A stretch of 64,000 bases of DNA from an uncultured Ruficoccus sp. (GTDB taxonomy: Bacteria; Verrucomicrobiota; Verrucomicrobiia; Opitutales; Cerasicoccaceae), in contig OZ223497.1 of the NCBI GenBank assembly GCA_965140785.1, forward strand, positions 128,001 to 192,000, given 5' to 3'. The notes below the pieces were generated by a model. It ran no database searches. It worked only from the letters and a program-made list of their open reading frames with translations, and was not told the DNA's origin. The first letter of the stretch is position 1. Each line of letters starts with the position of its first letter. A program made the translations under genes and the position numbers. Of this stretch, positions 1-10,000 are shown in pieces.

Positions 1-47
1 ATTGTCATCCGAATAATTGGCTATCAATATGTGGGGCAATCGTTGGG

Positions 48-1133
48 ATGAAGAAACAGGACAGAATTTACGAGGAGTTGCAGCATCGGATTGTGACGGG
101 ACACTGGCGGGTAGGGGAGCGCATTTCTACCGAGATGGAGCTATCCGAGGAGTTCCAGTGCAGCCGGACGACGATCAGCAAGGCCCTTGCCCAACTCGCT
201 CACGAAGGCTTGGTGGAGCGCCGGGCGCGAGCCGGAACGCGGGTGCTGCGTAGTTCTACCGATACTATCCTGCCGACACTGGAGCTGAATGCCCGTGCTT
301 TTATCTATCCGACCGACGGGCACGAAGGCATTTTTAGAACTACGTCCGGTTTTCAGCGGGCAGCAGGAGAGGCGGGGGCGCGTTCGCTCATGCTTTCAAC
401 AGGGCCCGATTTCCGCAAAGAGGCAGAGATTCTCGGGCGACTGGCAGAGTTTAATATTCGGGGTGCCGTGCTGTTTCCAGTGATTCTCAATCCCGATGAC
501 TACGCCTACTTCACGCAGATGATCTTGGGCTGTCACTATCCGATCGTGCTGGTGGAGACGAGTCTGCCTGGACTGCGCCGTCCGGCGGTCATGCCCGACG
601 GGTTTCATGCGGGCTATACAATGACTAAGCATCTAATCTCTAAGGGTATTGATCGGATTGGTTTTCTGTCTAACTTCGCCTGGGCCTCGCATGCACGAGA
701 TAAATATCTGGGCTATCGGCAAGCACTGACAGAGGCAGGAATCGCTATCGATGATCAGATTGTTCATCAGGATCAGAGGATGACACCACGGTTTGATGAC
801 CCATTGGAAGAGCCTACCCGCATTGCGACAGAGTACCTAGCGGGTAACCCTGGGGTTCGAGCAGTCGTTTGTTCGAGTGACTATCTTGCCATGGGGTTGT
901 CTACTGCTGCGCTTGAGCGGGGGATGAATATCCCTGATGATTTGGCCATCACGGGTATTGACGGCTATGCGCTGAGGGCATCGGGGAACGTATCGCTGAC
1001 GACTTATCGCATCCCTTATGAGAAAATTGGTCTGCGGGCTTTTGAAGTGCTTCAGCAGTTGATTGAAGGAGGTTCTTCCGTGCCGCAGGAGGTCCTCGTT
1101 CAGGGGGAGCTAGTGGTCGGGCAGAGCGCTTGA
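48..1133 (+). CDS. GntR-HTH / LacI-type sensor-domain transcriptional regulator (AraR-like)
   Basis: N-terminal GntR wHTH (GERISTEMELSEEFQCSRTTISKAL...GLVERRARAGT) followed by a periplasmic-binding-fold domain (IPDDLAITGID, LTT). Confidence 0.9.
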   Translation: MKKQDRIYEELQHRIVTGHWRVGERISTEMELSEEFQCSRTTISKALAQLAHEGLVERRARAGTRVLRSSTDTILPTLELNARAFIYPTDGHEGIFRTTSGFQRAAGEAGARSLMLSTGPDFRKEAEILGRLAEFNIRGAVLFPVILNPDDYAYFTQMILGCHYPIVLVETSLPGLRRPAVMPDGFHAGYTMTKHLISKGIDRIGFLSNFAWASHARDKYLGYRQALTEAGIAIDDQIVHQDQRMTPRFDDPLEEPTRIATEYLAGNPGVRAVVCSSDYLAMGLSTAALERGMNIPDDLAITGIDGYALRASGNVSLTTYRIPYEKIGLRAFEVLQQLIEGGSSVPQEVLVQGELVVGQSA

Positions 1134-1232
1134 TCAATATTTTAGTCGGCCATTACGGATTCTATAGAAACACGTAATTAACCGCTTGATTAATTGGCCA
1201 TCAATAAGTAAATGAATGCCATAATGCGTTGC

Positions 1233-1558
1233 ATGGCCTCGATAACACAATCGTCATCGGTACTTGAACTAAACTCCCGCTTACTGGGCTGCTGGCTGGG
1301 TAAATCAATCGGTAGTACGCTTGGTCTGCCTGCTGAAGGCCGCATGGACCGGCTGCACTACTCCTTCTACGAGCCGGTGCCGACTACCCGGCCCGTCAAA
1401 CGGTTAAACTGCCCGCAGGTACGTACGAGGTGCGTCTGGTGTTAAATAAAAAAGATCCCGAGCAGGATGCGACGGTATATCTGGCCTATCCGAATTTGCA
1501 CATCGCCCCGTGGACATCTGAAGAACTGCCGAAGTTGGCGCAACTCCCAGAAGCCTGA
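1233..1558 (+). pseudogene. Internally deleted ADP-ribosylglycohydrolase-family gene
   Basis: N-terminus LLGCWLGKSIGSTLGLPAEG is typical of the family. It breaks off near 1390 and is followed in another frame by a C-terminal-like segment (VKLPAGTYEVRLV...LPEA*). Confidence 0.6.
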
Positions 1559-1598
1559 ACGGTTTCCATTAACCGCTTGTATTCAAAAAATCATTACT

Positions 1599-2687
1599 AT
1601 GTCTGATAAACTAAAAATCGGTATCCTCGGCTGTGGAAACATGGCGCAAATGGCGCACATTCCGGCCTTCAAATCGCTGGCCAACGCCGATGTCGTTGCC
1701 CTGTGTGATTTTCGTTTAAACGTTGCTCAAGCCCTCTGTGCTCGTTGGGATGTCCCCAACGCCTGCGGCAATCTTGAGGAAATGCTGGCGTTGGATATCG
1801 ACGCTGTCGCGGTTCTGACGCCTGCGCCTAGCCATTTGCGCGACATCCGACTTTCACTGGAAGCGGGCAAGCATGTGTTTACCGAAAAGCCCGCCGCCAT
1901 GTGTGTCGAGTCGGTGCGTGAGCTTCAGCAGGTGGCCCAGTCGGCAGGAAAAACCGTCAGGGTCGGCTACATGAAACGTCACGAGCAAAACATCTGCGAA
2001 TTGCTGAAGCTTCAATCCGCAGGTGACTGGGGAAAGCTGCTTTTTGTGCGCACGCATTCGTTCATCGGTAGTCACTGGGATGCCGCTGTGGGGAGTCTGG
2101 TTCGCCCGATTACCTCAGGGGAAATCCCGCCTTTCGATGCCTCAATGCTCGATCCCGGACCGGCTTGGCTGGATGCACCGCGCGACCAAGCTTTCTACAG
2201 CTTCGACAACCCATACTTTGGCCTGCTCGATACCGGCTCACACTCGGTCAATCTGCTGCGCTGCCTGACGGGAATAACGCCGAGTGTAAAAAGCGTGCGC
2301 AACAGCGGGCCGGTGCGTCTGGTGGATTTCGACTTTGGCGGGGTGCCAGGTGTGTTGGAGTTTTGCGTGAACTTCGCCATGGAGCGTTGGGACGAAGTGA
2401 CCGAGCTTTACTTTGAAAAGGCCAGTGTAACGATCAAAACGCCGCCACCGCTGGACCGGCAGACCTCCGCGCAGGTCGAGATCTACACCGAGGCCGACGG
2501 TCGCCACGAAAACCTTGTGTTGGAGAACAATCGCCGCTGGGCCTTCCAGCGACAGGCAGAGTCCTTTGTTCAGCAGGCGCTTGCCGGTGAAACTGGAACC
2601 GATCTGGAAGAGGCCGAGCAGGATGTTGCGCTGATTGAGCAAATCTACCGCCTGGAAACCGGGGCAGTCGTTCTCGCTGAATCCTGA
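1599..2687 (+). CDS. Gfo/Idh/MocA oxidoreductase
   Basis: KIGILGCG Rossmann motif, GKHVFTEKP, VGYMKR, DTGSH; start placed at MSDKLK. Confidence 0.9.
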   Translation: MSDKLKIGILGCGNMAQMAHIPAFKSLANADVVALCDFRLNVAQALCARWDVPNACGNLEEMLALDIDAVAVLTPAPSHLRDIRLSLEAGKHVFTEKPAAMCVESVRELQQVAQSAGKTVRVGYMKRHEQNICELLKLQSAGDWGKLLFVRTHSFIGSHWDAAVGSLVRPITSGEIPPFDASMLDPGPAWLDAPRDQAFYSFDNPYFGLLDTGSHSVNLLRCLTGITPSVKSVRNSGPVRLVDFDFGGVPGVLEFCVNFAMERWDEVTELYFEKASVTIKTPPPLDRQTSAQVEIYTEADGRHENLVLENNRRWAFQRQAESFVQQALAGETGTDLEEAEQDVALIEQIYRLETGAVVLAES

Positions 2688-2733
2688 GTCTGTATCCATC
2701 GTTCAATACAATTATTTATTCAACGAACACTCC

Positions 2734-3735
2734 ATGAAAATCGCCCATCATCTCGGACAGTCCAAAGTTGTCATTGAAGAAGTCTCCAAACCCGTGCCCA
2801 AAGCCGGTGAGGTCTTAGTCAAGAACGTCGTCTCCGCTCTTTGCGGGAGCGAGATGAACGACTACCGCAAGGACGGGATACCCGGTGGCAACAATGGCCA
2901 CGAGGCTGCCGGTGTCGTGGCTGAACTTGGCGAGGGTGTCACCTCATTGGAGGTCGGCCAGCGCGTCGGCGTCAGTGCGATCTCCGGTTGCGGAAAGTGC
3001 GACTACTGCAAAAAGGGTCAGTACACCTGGTGCGACAATTTTAGCTTCTATGGCAACATGCATGCAGAGTATTTCGTCATCGCCGCGCATGCCTGCCACA
3101 TCATCCCGGACGGCATTCCCTGGGAAGTCGGTGTGCTTATTACCGGTGACGGGTTAGGCGTGCCTTATCATACCTCCCGCAAGATCGCCTCGCCCGAAGT
3201 CGAGACGGTGGCGGTCTTCGGGCTCGGACCGATCGGCTTGGGAAATGTCCTTGTGCAAAGCCATCTGGGCCGCCGCGTCATCGGGATCGACCTCTCGCCC
3301 GACCGCCGCGCACTCGCCGTGGACATGGGGGCGAGCGATGTCATCGCCGCCGATCAGGTCAAGGATATGCGTGAAGCCGTGGCGGAACTGACCGGCGGCA
3401 TGGGGGCGGATGTGTGCATTGAGGCGGCGGGTATTCCCGTGACCGCGCGCCAGTGTTTTGCTTGTACGCGTAAGGGCGGTATCGTTGTCTTTAACGGCGA
3501 ACAGCCGAAGCTCGAACTCTCCCCGAGCGAAGATTTTATCCGCCGCGATATTACCGCCATCGGCTCGTGGTTCTATCATTTCTGCGAGTATCCGGCCATG
3601 CGCAAGGCCTACGAAAACGGCCTGCGCGTGGACAAACTCGTCACTCACCAATATCCCTTTGATCAAGTTTCCGACGCCTACCTGGCCATGGCCAACGGCA
3701 AATCCGGGAAGGTTCTCCTAAAATATGGGCAGTGA
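2734..3735 (+). CDS. Zinc-binding (MDR) alcohol/sugar dehydrogenase
   Basis: LCGSE, GHE, CGKCDYC...C structural zinc motif, GLGPIG. Confidence 0.9.
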   Translation: MKIAHHLGQSKVVIEEVSKPVPKAGEVLVKNVVSALCGSEMNDYRKDGIPGGNNGHEAAGVVAELGEGVTSLEVGQRVGVSAISGCGKCDYCKKGQYTWCDNFSFYGNMHAEYFVIAAHACHIIPDGIPWEVGVLITGDGLGVPYHTSRKIASPEVETVAVFGLGPIGLGNVLVQSHLGRRVIGIDLSPDRRALAVDMGASDVIAADQVKDMREAVAELTGGMGADVCIEAAGIPVTARQCFACTRKGGIVVFNGEQPKLELSPSEDFIRRDITAIGSWFYHFCEYPAMRKAYENGLRVDKLVTHQYPFDQVSDAYLAMANGKSGKVLLKYGQ

Positions 3736-3858
3736 GCGGATCGACGGACGAGCCGTCGTCGGCCATCATTTTATGGATGTTTGACGATAGGCATGCATAG
3801 CGTGGGTTTTGTGATGAACCGATGAGTCTTATGGCTTGTCTGTACTGTATATTGTTCT

Positions 3859-4547
3859 ATGTCCGTTTTTCATCATCGCCGATTTTCTCGGCCTGAGGTT
3901 TTGGCTTCGATCCGACCTGAATTGCTGCGGCGTTTTCTTACGCCCTATCAATCGTATTTTCACGGAGGTGGATTCGATATGAAGTGTCTGAATCATCGGG
4001 CCGGGCCAGTTGAGTTGACGCATCTGTCGGACGTACTGATGACGACAGAGTCGGGCATTCCTCCAGAGGTAGCGAATGCCCTCTACGCTGTCCACGAAGT
4101 GGCAGTAGAAGAGAACACGGAGCTTCTGGAAATGCTCGCGTCCTCGGAGGAGGTGCCTCTTGAGCCGGATTCGACGTTGCTGGAGCTTGCGCTCAGCCTG
4201 TGGATGAGCGCTCCGAAGGCGCTCAAATGGGTTCACCAGCATCAGTCCTGTGAGCGCAAGCGCTCTTTCGAGTATTTCAGTACGGCGGGAGATGCTTCGT
4301 CTGATTTTTCTCTGAGTGCGGAAGGGATTCGTCAGTTGGAGCAAAGTCTGTCCTATTACTTCAAAAAGAAGGATTGGGGCCATGGCTGTCGTATCAGTCA
4401 TCGTTCGCAGCCAAACGAGCACTGGTTCTTAGTCAGCCATGGTGAGCGCTATAAGCGACAGGCGACATGGGAAGAGGGTCGGATGGGTACAATTGGCTTC
4501 CGGCCTGAGCGGTATGACCTCATCATCTACGATGCCCTGACGTGCGG
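3859..4547 (+). pseudogene. Hypothetical protein of a type recalled from PVC integrative elements, truncated by the downstream IS
   Basis: ORF (RRFSRPEVLASIRPELL...FRPERYDLIIYD) runs into the IS left end and stops within it; family recognised from memory only. Confidence 0.45.
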
Positions 4548-4666
4548 TGCATGTACCATTAATTTTTAGAGAGAAGATTTGAAACAACAAGCTTACCTAT
4601 TACTGACCATGATGGCTGGCTGGATGAACCGTCAGCAGCAGCAAGTCATCGACTATTTGGTCGAGG

Positions 4667-4708
4667 TACCGAACTGAGGCGTAGCCTCGGTGACAAAGCG
4701 TAGCGCCC
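4667..4708 (+). repeat. 42-nt hairpin mini-insert 'a'
   Basis: TACCGAACTGAGGCGTAGCCTCGGTGACAAAGCGTAGCGCCC; identical at 35978-36019 and 50767-50808; empty site GAG GAA AAT CGT near 17022-17033. Confidence 0.9.
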
Positions 4709-5459
4709 AAACCGCATTCTCCGTGAGCAACTCGACATCCATGCCAAAGGCAAGCGCATCCGTTTCAATGCGACCCAGCGCAGACGCTTGGCCGAGAAAG
4801 GCCGTTGCTTGGGACGCAAGTTGCTGATGAATATCGCGACGCTGGTGACGCCGGAGACGATCTATCGTTGGCATCGCCAATTCGTCGCAATGGCTTATGG
4901 TCCGAAGGGTAGGGATCATTCCGTTGTCCATGCTCGGCGGGCCGAGCGCAATGCGCTCATCATCAAGCTTGCAGTTGAGAACTCAGGCTGGGGATACACG
5001 CGCATTCAGGGCGTGATGCAGAATCTCGGTTATCCCAAGCTGAGCACTTCGACCATCGGGGAGGTGCTGCGAGAGGCAGGTATTCGCCCGTCGCCGGAGC
5101 GTAGCAGTCGTCTGGACTGGAAGACGTTTATCCGTGTTCATGCCGATCAACTTGCGGCTACGGATTTCTTCATGGTGCCGGTATGGACGTTGCGTGGCCT
5201 GGCCATGTATCGGGTGCATTTCGTGATCGACCTGCTGACACGCAAGGTGGAGATCACGCACATCGGTTGCCAATACTCGGGCGAATTGATGCTTCAAATT
5301 GCCCGGAACCTGACGGATGCGTTCGAGGGATTCCTGACCGGCAAGAAATACCTGCTGCACGATCGGGATACTCTCTTTACAAATGTGTTCCGCGAGTTGT
5401 TGCGCAGTAGTGGCACTATCCCTTTCAGGCTTCCTGTGTGCATGCCGATGATGAACGGC

Positions 5460-5484
5460 GGGCGCCTACGCCAGCCCGCCCGGC
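5460..5484 (-). repeat. 24/25-nt palindromic mini-insert 'b'
   Basis: Inserted in the N-G-Y-A-E motif; 24-nt in-frame version at 36771-36794, whose reverse complement ends in GCGTAGCGCCC like insert a. Confidence 0.8.
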
Positions 5485-5518
5485 TACGCCGGGTGCTTCG
5501 TTAAGTCGATCAAGCGTG

Positions 5519-5555
5519 TACCGAACCTGCGAAGCGGCGACAAAGCGAAGCGCCC
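5519..5555 (+). repeat. 37-nt hairpin mini-insert 'c'
   Basis: TACCGAACCTGCGAAGCGGCGACAAAGCGAAGCGCCC at the expected Glu of SIKRECL (net +36 nt, in frame); near-identical at 36829-36865. Confidence 0.85.
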
Positions 5556-5973
5556 ATGCCTGAACAAGATGATTTTCTTCAGCGAGGATGCTCTGCGGAA
5601 AGCCATCAGCGAATACGTGCTGCATTACCATCATGAGCGACCGCATCAGGGCCGCGATAACAAAATCATCGAGCCGGATGTAGAAACCTTTCGCAATCAG
5701 GGCCCGATCCGAAAAATCGCACACCTCGGAGGGCTCCTGAATCACTACTATCGCGACCCATTACCCAAAATTGAAGAAGAGGAGGGTCGGGCCGCATGAG
5801 CTTTTCCGGTAGTTACTTTTCTTCAAAAAATGCCCGAATTCGATGCTCGGGTGACTCCTTCCCCATCGACTCATATGCCCTGAATCGGCAAAATTATGGG
5901 CGTATGATTTCGTCCTCCAACCTGCAAACGAAAGGATTCTTGGCACGCGCAAGTGACTGAGCGATGCGCGTCC

Positions 5974-6089
5974 ATGCGACTGCGTGCAACGCTACTGATT
6001 TAATTACGCCTTAACTCGAAAATGAATGAAGTTGCTGTATGCTGGTAATCAGCGACTTACGATAGGCCGTCCGCGTCCCGCCACCTCCA
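5974..6089 (+). repeat. att-like repeat copy A ending in a tmRNA/tRNA-Ala-like 3' end
   Basis: ATGCGACTGCGTGC...CCTTAACT...AAGTTGCTG-N12-CAGCGACTT...CCGCGTCCCGCCACCTCCA; homologous to 17078-17184 and 57305-57421. Confidence 0.8.
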
Positions 6090-6129
6090 GGAGACAACGG
6101 ATTGCCGTTTTGAAAACGTTTGCCGCCTA

Positions 6130-6804
6130 TTACGCTTTGCGACGCTTGAAGCCAAGGATGCCCGCCAACGGGATCGCAATCAGAAGCAGCGTACTGCTGT
6201 CCGGCTCTGGAATACTCTGCGCCACGAAGTTAACAGGTGCTCCAGTTCCGGCACTCCAGGCGGCGGTGGTTCCATTGTCATTCCATTGCACCAGCGTGGT
6301 TCCGTTAGAGGATTCGGCCTGATAGAAGTTCGTCAGTGCATTAGAGACGAATGAGATGACGATGGAATAGGTCTCGTTGTCGGTGAGCGTGTAGGGCGTG
6401 GTCAGATCGAAAGTCATATAACTTTCGCTATCGTAGGTGGTGCCCGTGGCACCCGTTTCGCTGTGGAGAGAGGTGATTGGGAGCTTGGTTTCAGCGTCCG
6501 CGCTGTAGATATCGAGGCTCAATTCGGTTCCTGACGCCAGTGCAGAGGAGGCGACAAAAAACGTGATTTTATCAAGGGCCACCGTTTCGCCAGCGGTGAA
6601 AGTGATGCCGACCTGGCGAACATTGTTTGTGTAGTTGCGCAACTGAATGTTGTACTCCTCGCTGCTCACCACGGTGTTCTCGAGAAAGACATCTTCGGAG
6701 GGCAGCGTGTCAGTGTAGCTGATGTTGAGCGCATTCAGAGTGGAGGCAGCGCCCAATAGGGTCAGTGCGGTCAGAGGAACGAGATATTTGTTGGCTGTTT
6801 TCAT
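6130..6804 (-). CDS. PEP-CTERM sorting-domain protein (module A)
   Basis: Signal peptide; C-terminal IPEP + hydrophobic helix + KRRK. Confidence 0.9.
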   Translation of the reverse strand: MKTANKYLVPLTALTLLGAASTLNALNISYTDTLPSEDVFLENTVVSSEEYNIQLRNYTNNVRQVGITFTAGETVALDKITFFVASSALASGTELSLDIYSADAETKLPITSLHSETGATGTTYDSESYMTFDLTTPYTLTDNETYSIVISFVSNALTNFYQAESSNGTTLVQWNDNGTTAAWSAGTGAPVNFVAQSIPEPDSSTLLLIAIPLAGILGFKRRKA

Positions 6805-6929
6805 ATCCGTATGTATTGCTTTGGAGTATTAGTTGGCCTGAGCCAGATTAGTTAATGGCCAAATTTCCACAGATGGTCGTTTGGCTTTGAGCGATAAAGA
6901 TTACCGAAAACTGGATTATTGCGACATGT

Positions 6930-6939
6930 TACACGTGTA
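6930..6939. promoter_or_regulatory. Module A operator TACACGTGTA
   Basis: Perfect palindrome upstream of the PEP-CTERM gene; variants at 7043, 10751, 11080, 14370, 14437, all intergenic. Confidence 0.7.
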
Positions 6940-7086
6940 GTTTCTTTTGTCAACAGCATAAAGACATGGGTTTTGAGGATATTTATTTTAAACCACAAGA
7001 TACTGTTTTTAAGTATCTTAATAAACCGATGCGATAAAGGATTCACGTGTAATAAAATAGCGTTTTCTCGATACGAACGTCATTAT

Positions 7087-10000
7087 TCATTGGGTGTCTA
7101 TGACATCGAAATTGATCGGCTCCATTGGCTCCAGCCGAATCTCGTCGAGCGTCGGTTCCACGCGCGGGAAGATGTCTCGGACAGCAAGGGCTTGGCCCTT
7201 GGCGTCCACTAAGTGGAAGGCGACGGGGCTCTGTCCCAGGTTGATTGCGTAGCCGATTGTTCGACCGTTCACGTTGACGAAGCGGGCTTCTACATGGTTC
7301 GGTGCCGAGCCATTGGCGGTGCGCAGCGAGTAGGGCGCTTCGATGCCAGCCTGGAGCAGCGCGTCGGGAAGGGATTGGTTCAGACTGGCAAGGGTGCCAT
7401 CATCGATCCTGATGGCGGATTCCAGGGTGAGGGGCGGCAGGAGTTTATCCGCTTCGTCGCGTGCCAGGCTGTCGCTGCCGATCAGGATGAGGCGGACGCC
7501 GCGCTGTTCGAGTTGTGCGAGGGCATCCGGCAGTTGCGCTGAAACATGGATTGTTCGCGGAATGATCAGGGCCTGAAGATCGTTTGGAATGTTACCGGCG
7601 AGCAGGTCGCTTTCCGCAAGAAAACCGATGGACTGGTTTTGAAAGTACAGTGCCTGGTAGGCATTTTCGAGAACACGCTGGGAGCTGGTTCCGTCGTAAA
7701 TGCGCGCGGTCTGTGAGTAGAGGATGCGCGCGGGGCGGGGTGCTTCGTAAAAATGCCGGACCCGGTCCATCACGCTGTTGATGCGGATGCTTTCACGCCC
7801 GTATATACTCATGACCAGAGGCATAGTGTCCTGAGCATGCTTGAACCATTGCGCGCCTTCCCCGGCCTGCCAGAACCAGATCGATTTGTCCCGGCTGAGT
7901 GTCCACAGGTTGGCGGCGTTGAGTCCGTGCCAGGCGGCGAGCCAGAGGCTGGCACGCATATGCTCCGGGGTCGAGGGAGTGGCGTGATATTCGTTGTCTA
8001 GGATCGGCTGTTGCGGTGCGAGGCTTTTACACAGGTCAAAGGACATGGACTGGTTGCGCCACCCCAGGGCATAGGGGCCATCGGGTTCGTCCGAGACCTC
8101 GTTGTCGCCCCCGTGAGCGTCGGTCATCTGATTGATGAGAAAGCGGTCGTAGCCGTTGTCGATGCGGAATTTGGGCAACCAGCTGTGGCCGTTCATAACC
8201 TTGATGGAGGTGCGGATCTGATGGTCAGGGGCGGCGCTTTTTGCGATGTCGCCGGTCCGGGACCAGAAATCGAAGAAGCGCTGGTTGTTGAAAGTGAGCC
8301 AGTCATAGCGGCAGACAGGATGCGTGGGAAAAAGCGCGGGAAAGTTTTCGGTAGCGGCGAAGTCCGGATAATCGGTTCCCCAGGCGGCGTTGAGTGCGGC
8401 GATATTGTGGTAGCGTTTCTTCATCGCTTCGAGGAAGTTCTGCCGGGTGCGTGCGCTGATGGTTTCGATGGTGGGCTCGTTGGAGAGGTCCCAGACAACG
8501 ATATCGTCTATCAGCTTCGGGTATTTTCGCGCGAACATCTCGAAATAACAGGCGGTGGCCTTGGCCATGAACTCACGGACTTTTGGATGGTCCGGGTCGT
8601 AGTCCAGGAAATGGTTTCCCTTGAGCTTGGCATCGGGAAAGCTCTGCCCGAACCAAAGGGGGAGCTGGTTGTTGAGGACGAGGATGGAGGTGGCGATATT
8701 GTGCGCAGAGTTATTTCGCAGGGCATTCACGTCGAGGATAAGATCGACGGACGGGTCGATCGTGAGTTCGGGATCGCCGGGGACGAAATATCGGGTCGTT
8801 ACGCCGGAGATCACCTCGTAGTTGATGCCGAGGTTGTTCTTGGTCTCGCCGGTAAAATACTGGATTTTGCTTGAATAGACCTGGCCGGACAGGAAGACCG
8901 CTGAGCCGTTGGACGTGAGCGTTCCCTGATCGTAAACGATGTCAGTCACAGGTTTAACAGGAAGCAGGTGGTAGTTCCCGCTGCGGATTTCACTGAGGGC
9001 CTCGTCGAGCACGCGATCGACATCCTGGAGTTCGCGCAGGGCTAGGGTGAAGCGTTTTTCAGCCTGATCCTCCTTGATGTAGCGGTTGATAAACAGGTCC
9101 GAGACCTGCCAGGAAACGACCAGTTCCAGTGGTCGCTCAGGCCCTTCGCCTAAGGTGTCGATTGCTTTTTTTAACTGGGTCAGTTTGGTCCGGACCTGCT
9201 CGGTGAGCGGGTCGATTCGGGCCATTAGCGAAGCTGCGGAGTAGTGGTTGATCGTGACGATTTTTTCGCTGACTGTGCCGTCGATCAATTCGACGCGAGC
9301 AGCTAGCAGGTTGCCGCCATCCTGAAAATGATAAGCCGGGATGGTGAAGGCCAGTTCGGTTTCGCCGGGAGTGAAGGTGATTTCGCGCTTGTCGATCACT
9401 TGGCCGTTTAGGGTCACCGAAATACTCGCCTCGGTTTCCAGATAGCCCGTGCCGAAAATGGCGAACTGGTAGTCCTCGTGGCCGTAGAGGTCAGCGTCCG
9501 ATCCGACCACGCCCGCCGCGAAACCGGTGTCCTCCTTGTCCAAAAAAAGTATTCCGAAATCGGCCGGGTTTTTTCGGTCACCAATGCCGGGCGTCCACTG
9601 GATGAACGAGCGTTTCTCTCCGTCGCTGTCATTGACAAGCAGGTTGAACCCGAAGGCGTTCAAGTCCTCGTAGGCGACGGAGGTGATAGCTCTCCAGGGG
9701 ATTGCCAGCTCGTAGGTCGTGATTTGCGTCTCCGGGTCATGGCGCACCTCATACGAGGTGTCCCCGATGGGTGTCGGGTGGTCGGGCGGTTGGAAAAACG
9801 GATAGAGCAGTACGCCCTTCGGAGTGGCGGCTAGGCCGAACTCATAATCGTCGTGCGGGTTGAGCTGGTTCACGGAGCGGTCCCATTGCGTGTCGAAGGC
9901 GACTTGAAGGCTGTCAGCCTTCCAGAGGTTTTCGTCGTGGTAAGGTTGATACGGGGCCGGGTCAGTGACCTTTGTTTCGCAGTAAAAAGCCTCATCGTCG

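Larger units (their letters stand above)
4548..5951 (+). mobile_element. IS copy 1: integrase-core (DDE/rve) transposase, CDS 4579-5799, interrupted by three mini-inserts
   Basis: GWMNRQQQQVIDYL, WGYTRIQG, ATDFF, LLHDRD, HYHHERPHQG; imperfect terminal IR TGCATGTACCATTAAT (4548) vs ATTCTTGGCACGCGCA (to 5951); no target duplication seen. Confidence 0.85.

Noticed and set aside
4667..4708. Mini-inserts as integron attC sites
   Set aside because: Too short, no RYYYAAC/GTTRRRY boxes, located inside a gene, and no intI in the window
6071..6089. Complete tRNA or tmRNA gene
   Set aside because: Only the last ~15 nt fit; no 5' acceptor strand, D arm or intact TTCGA loop upstream
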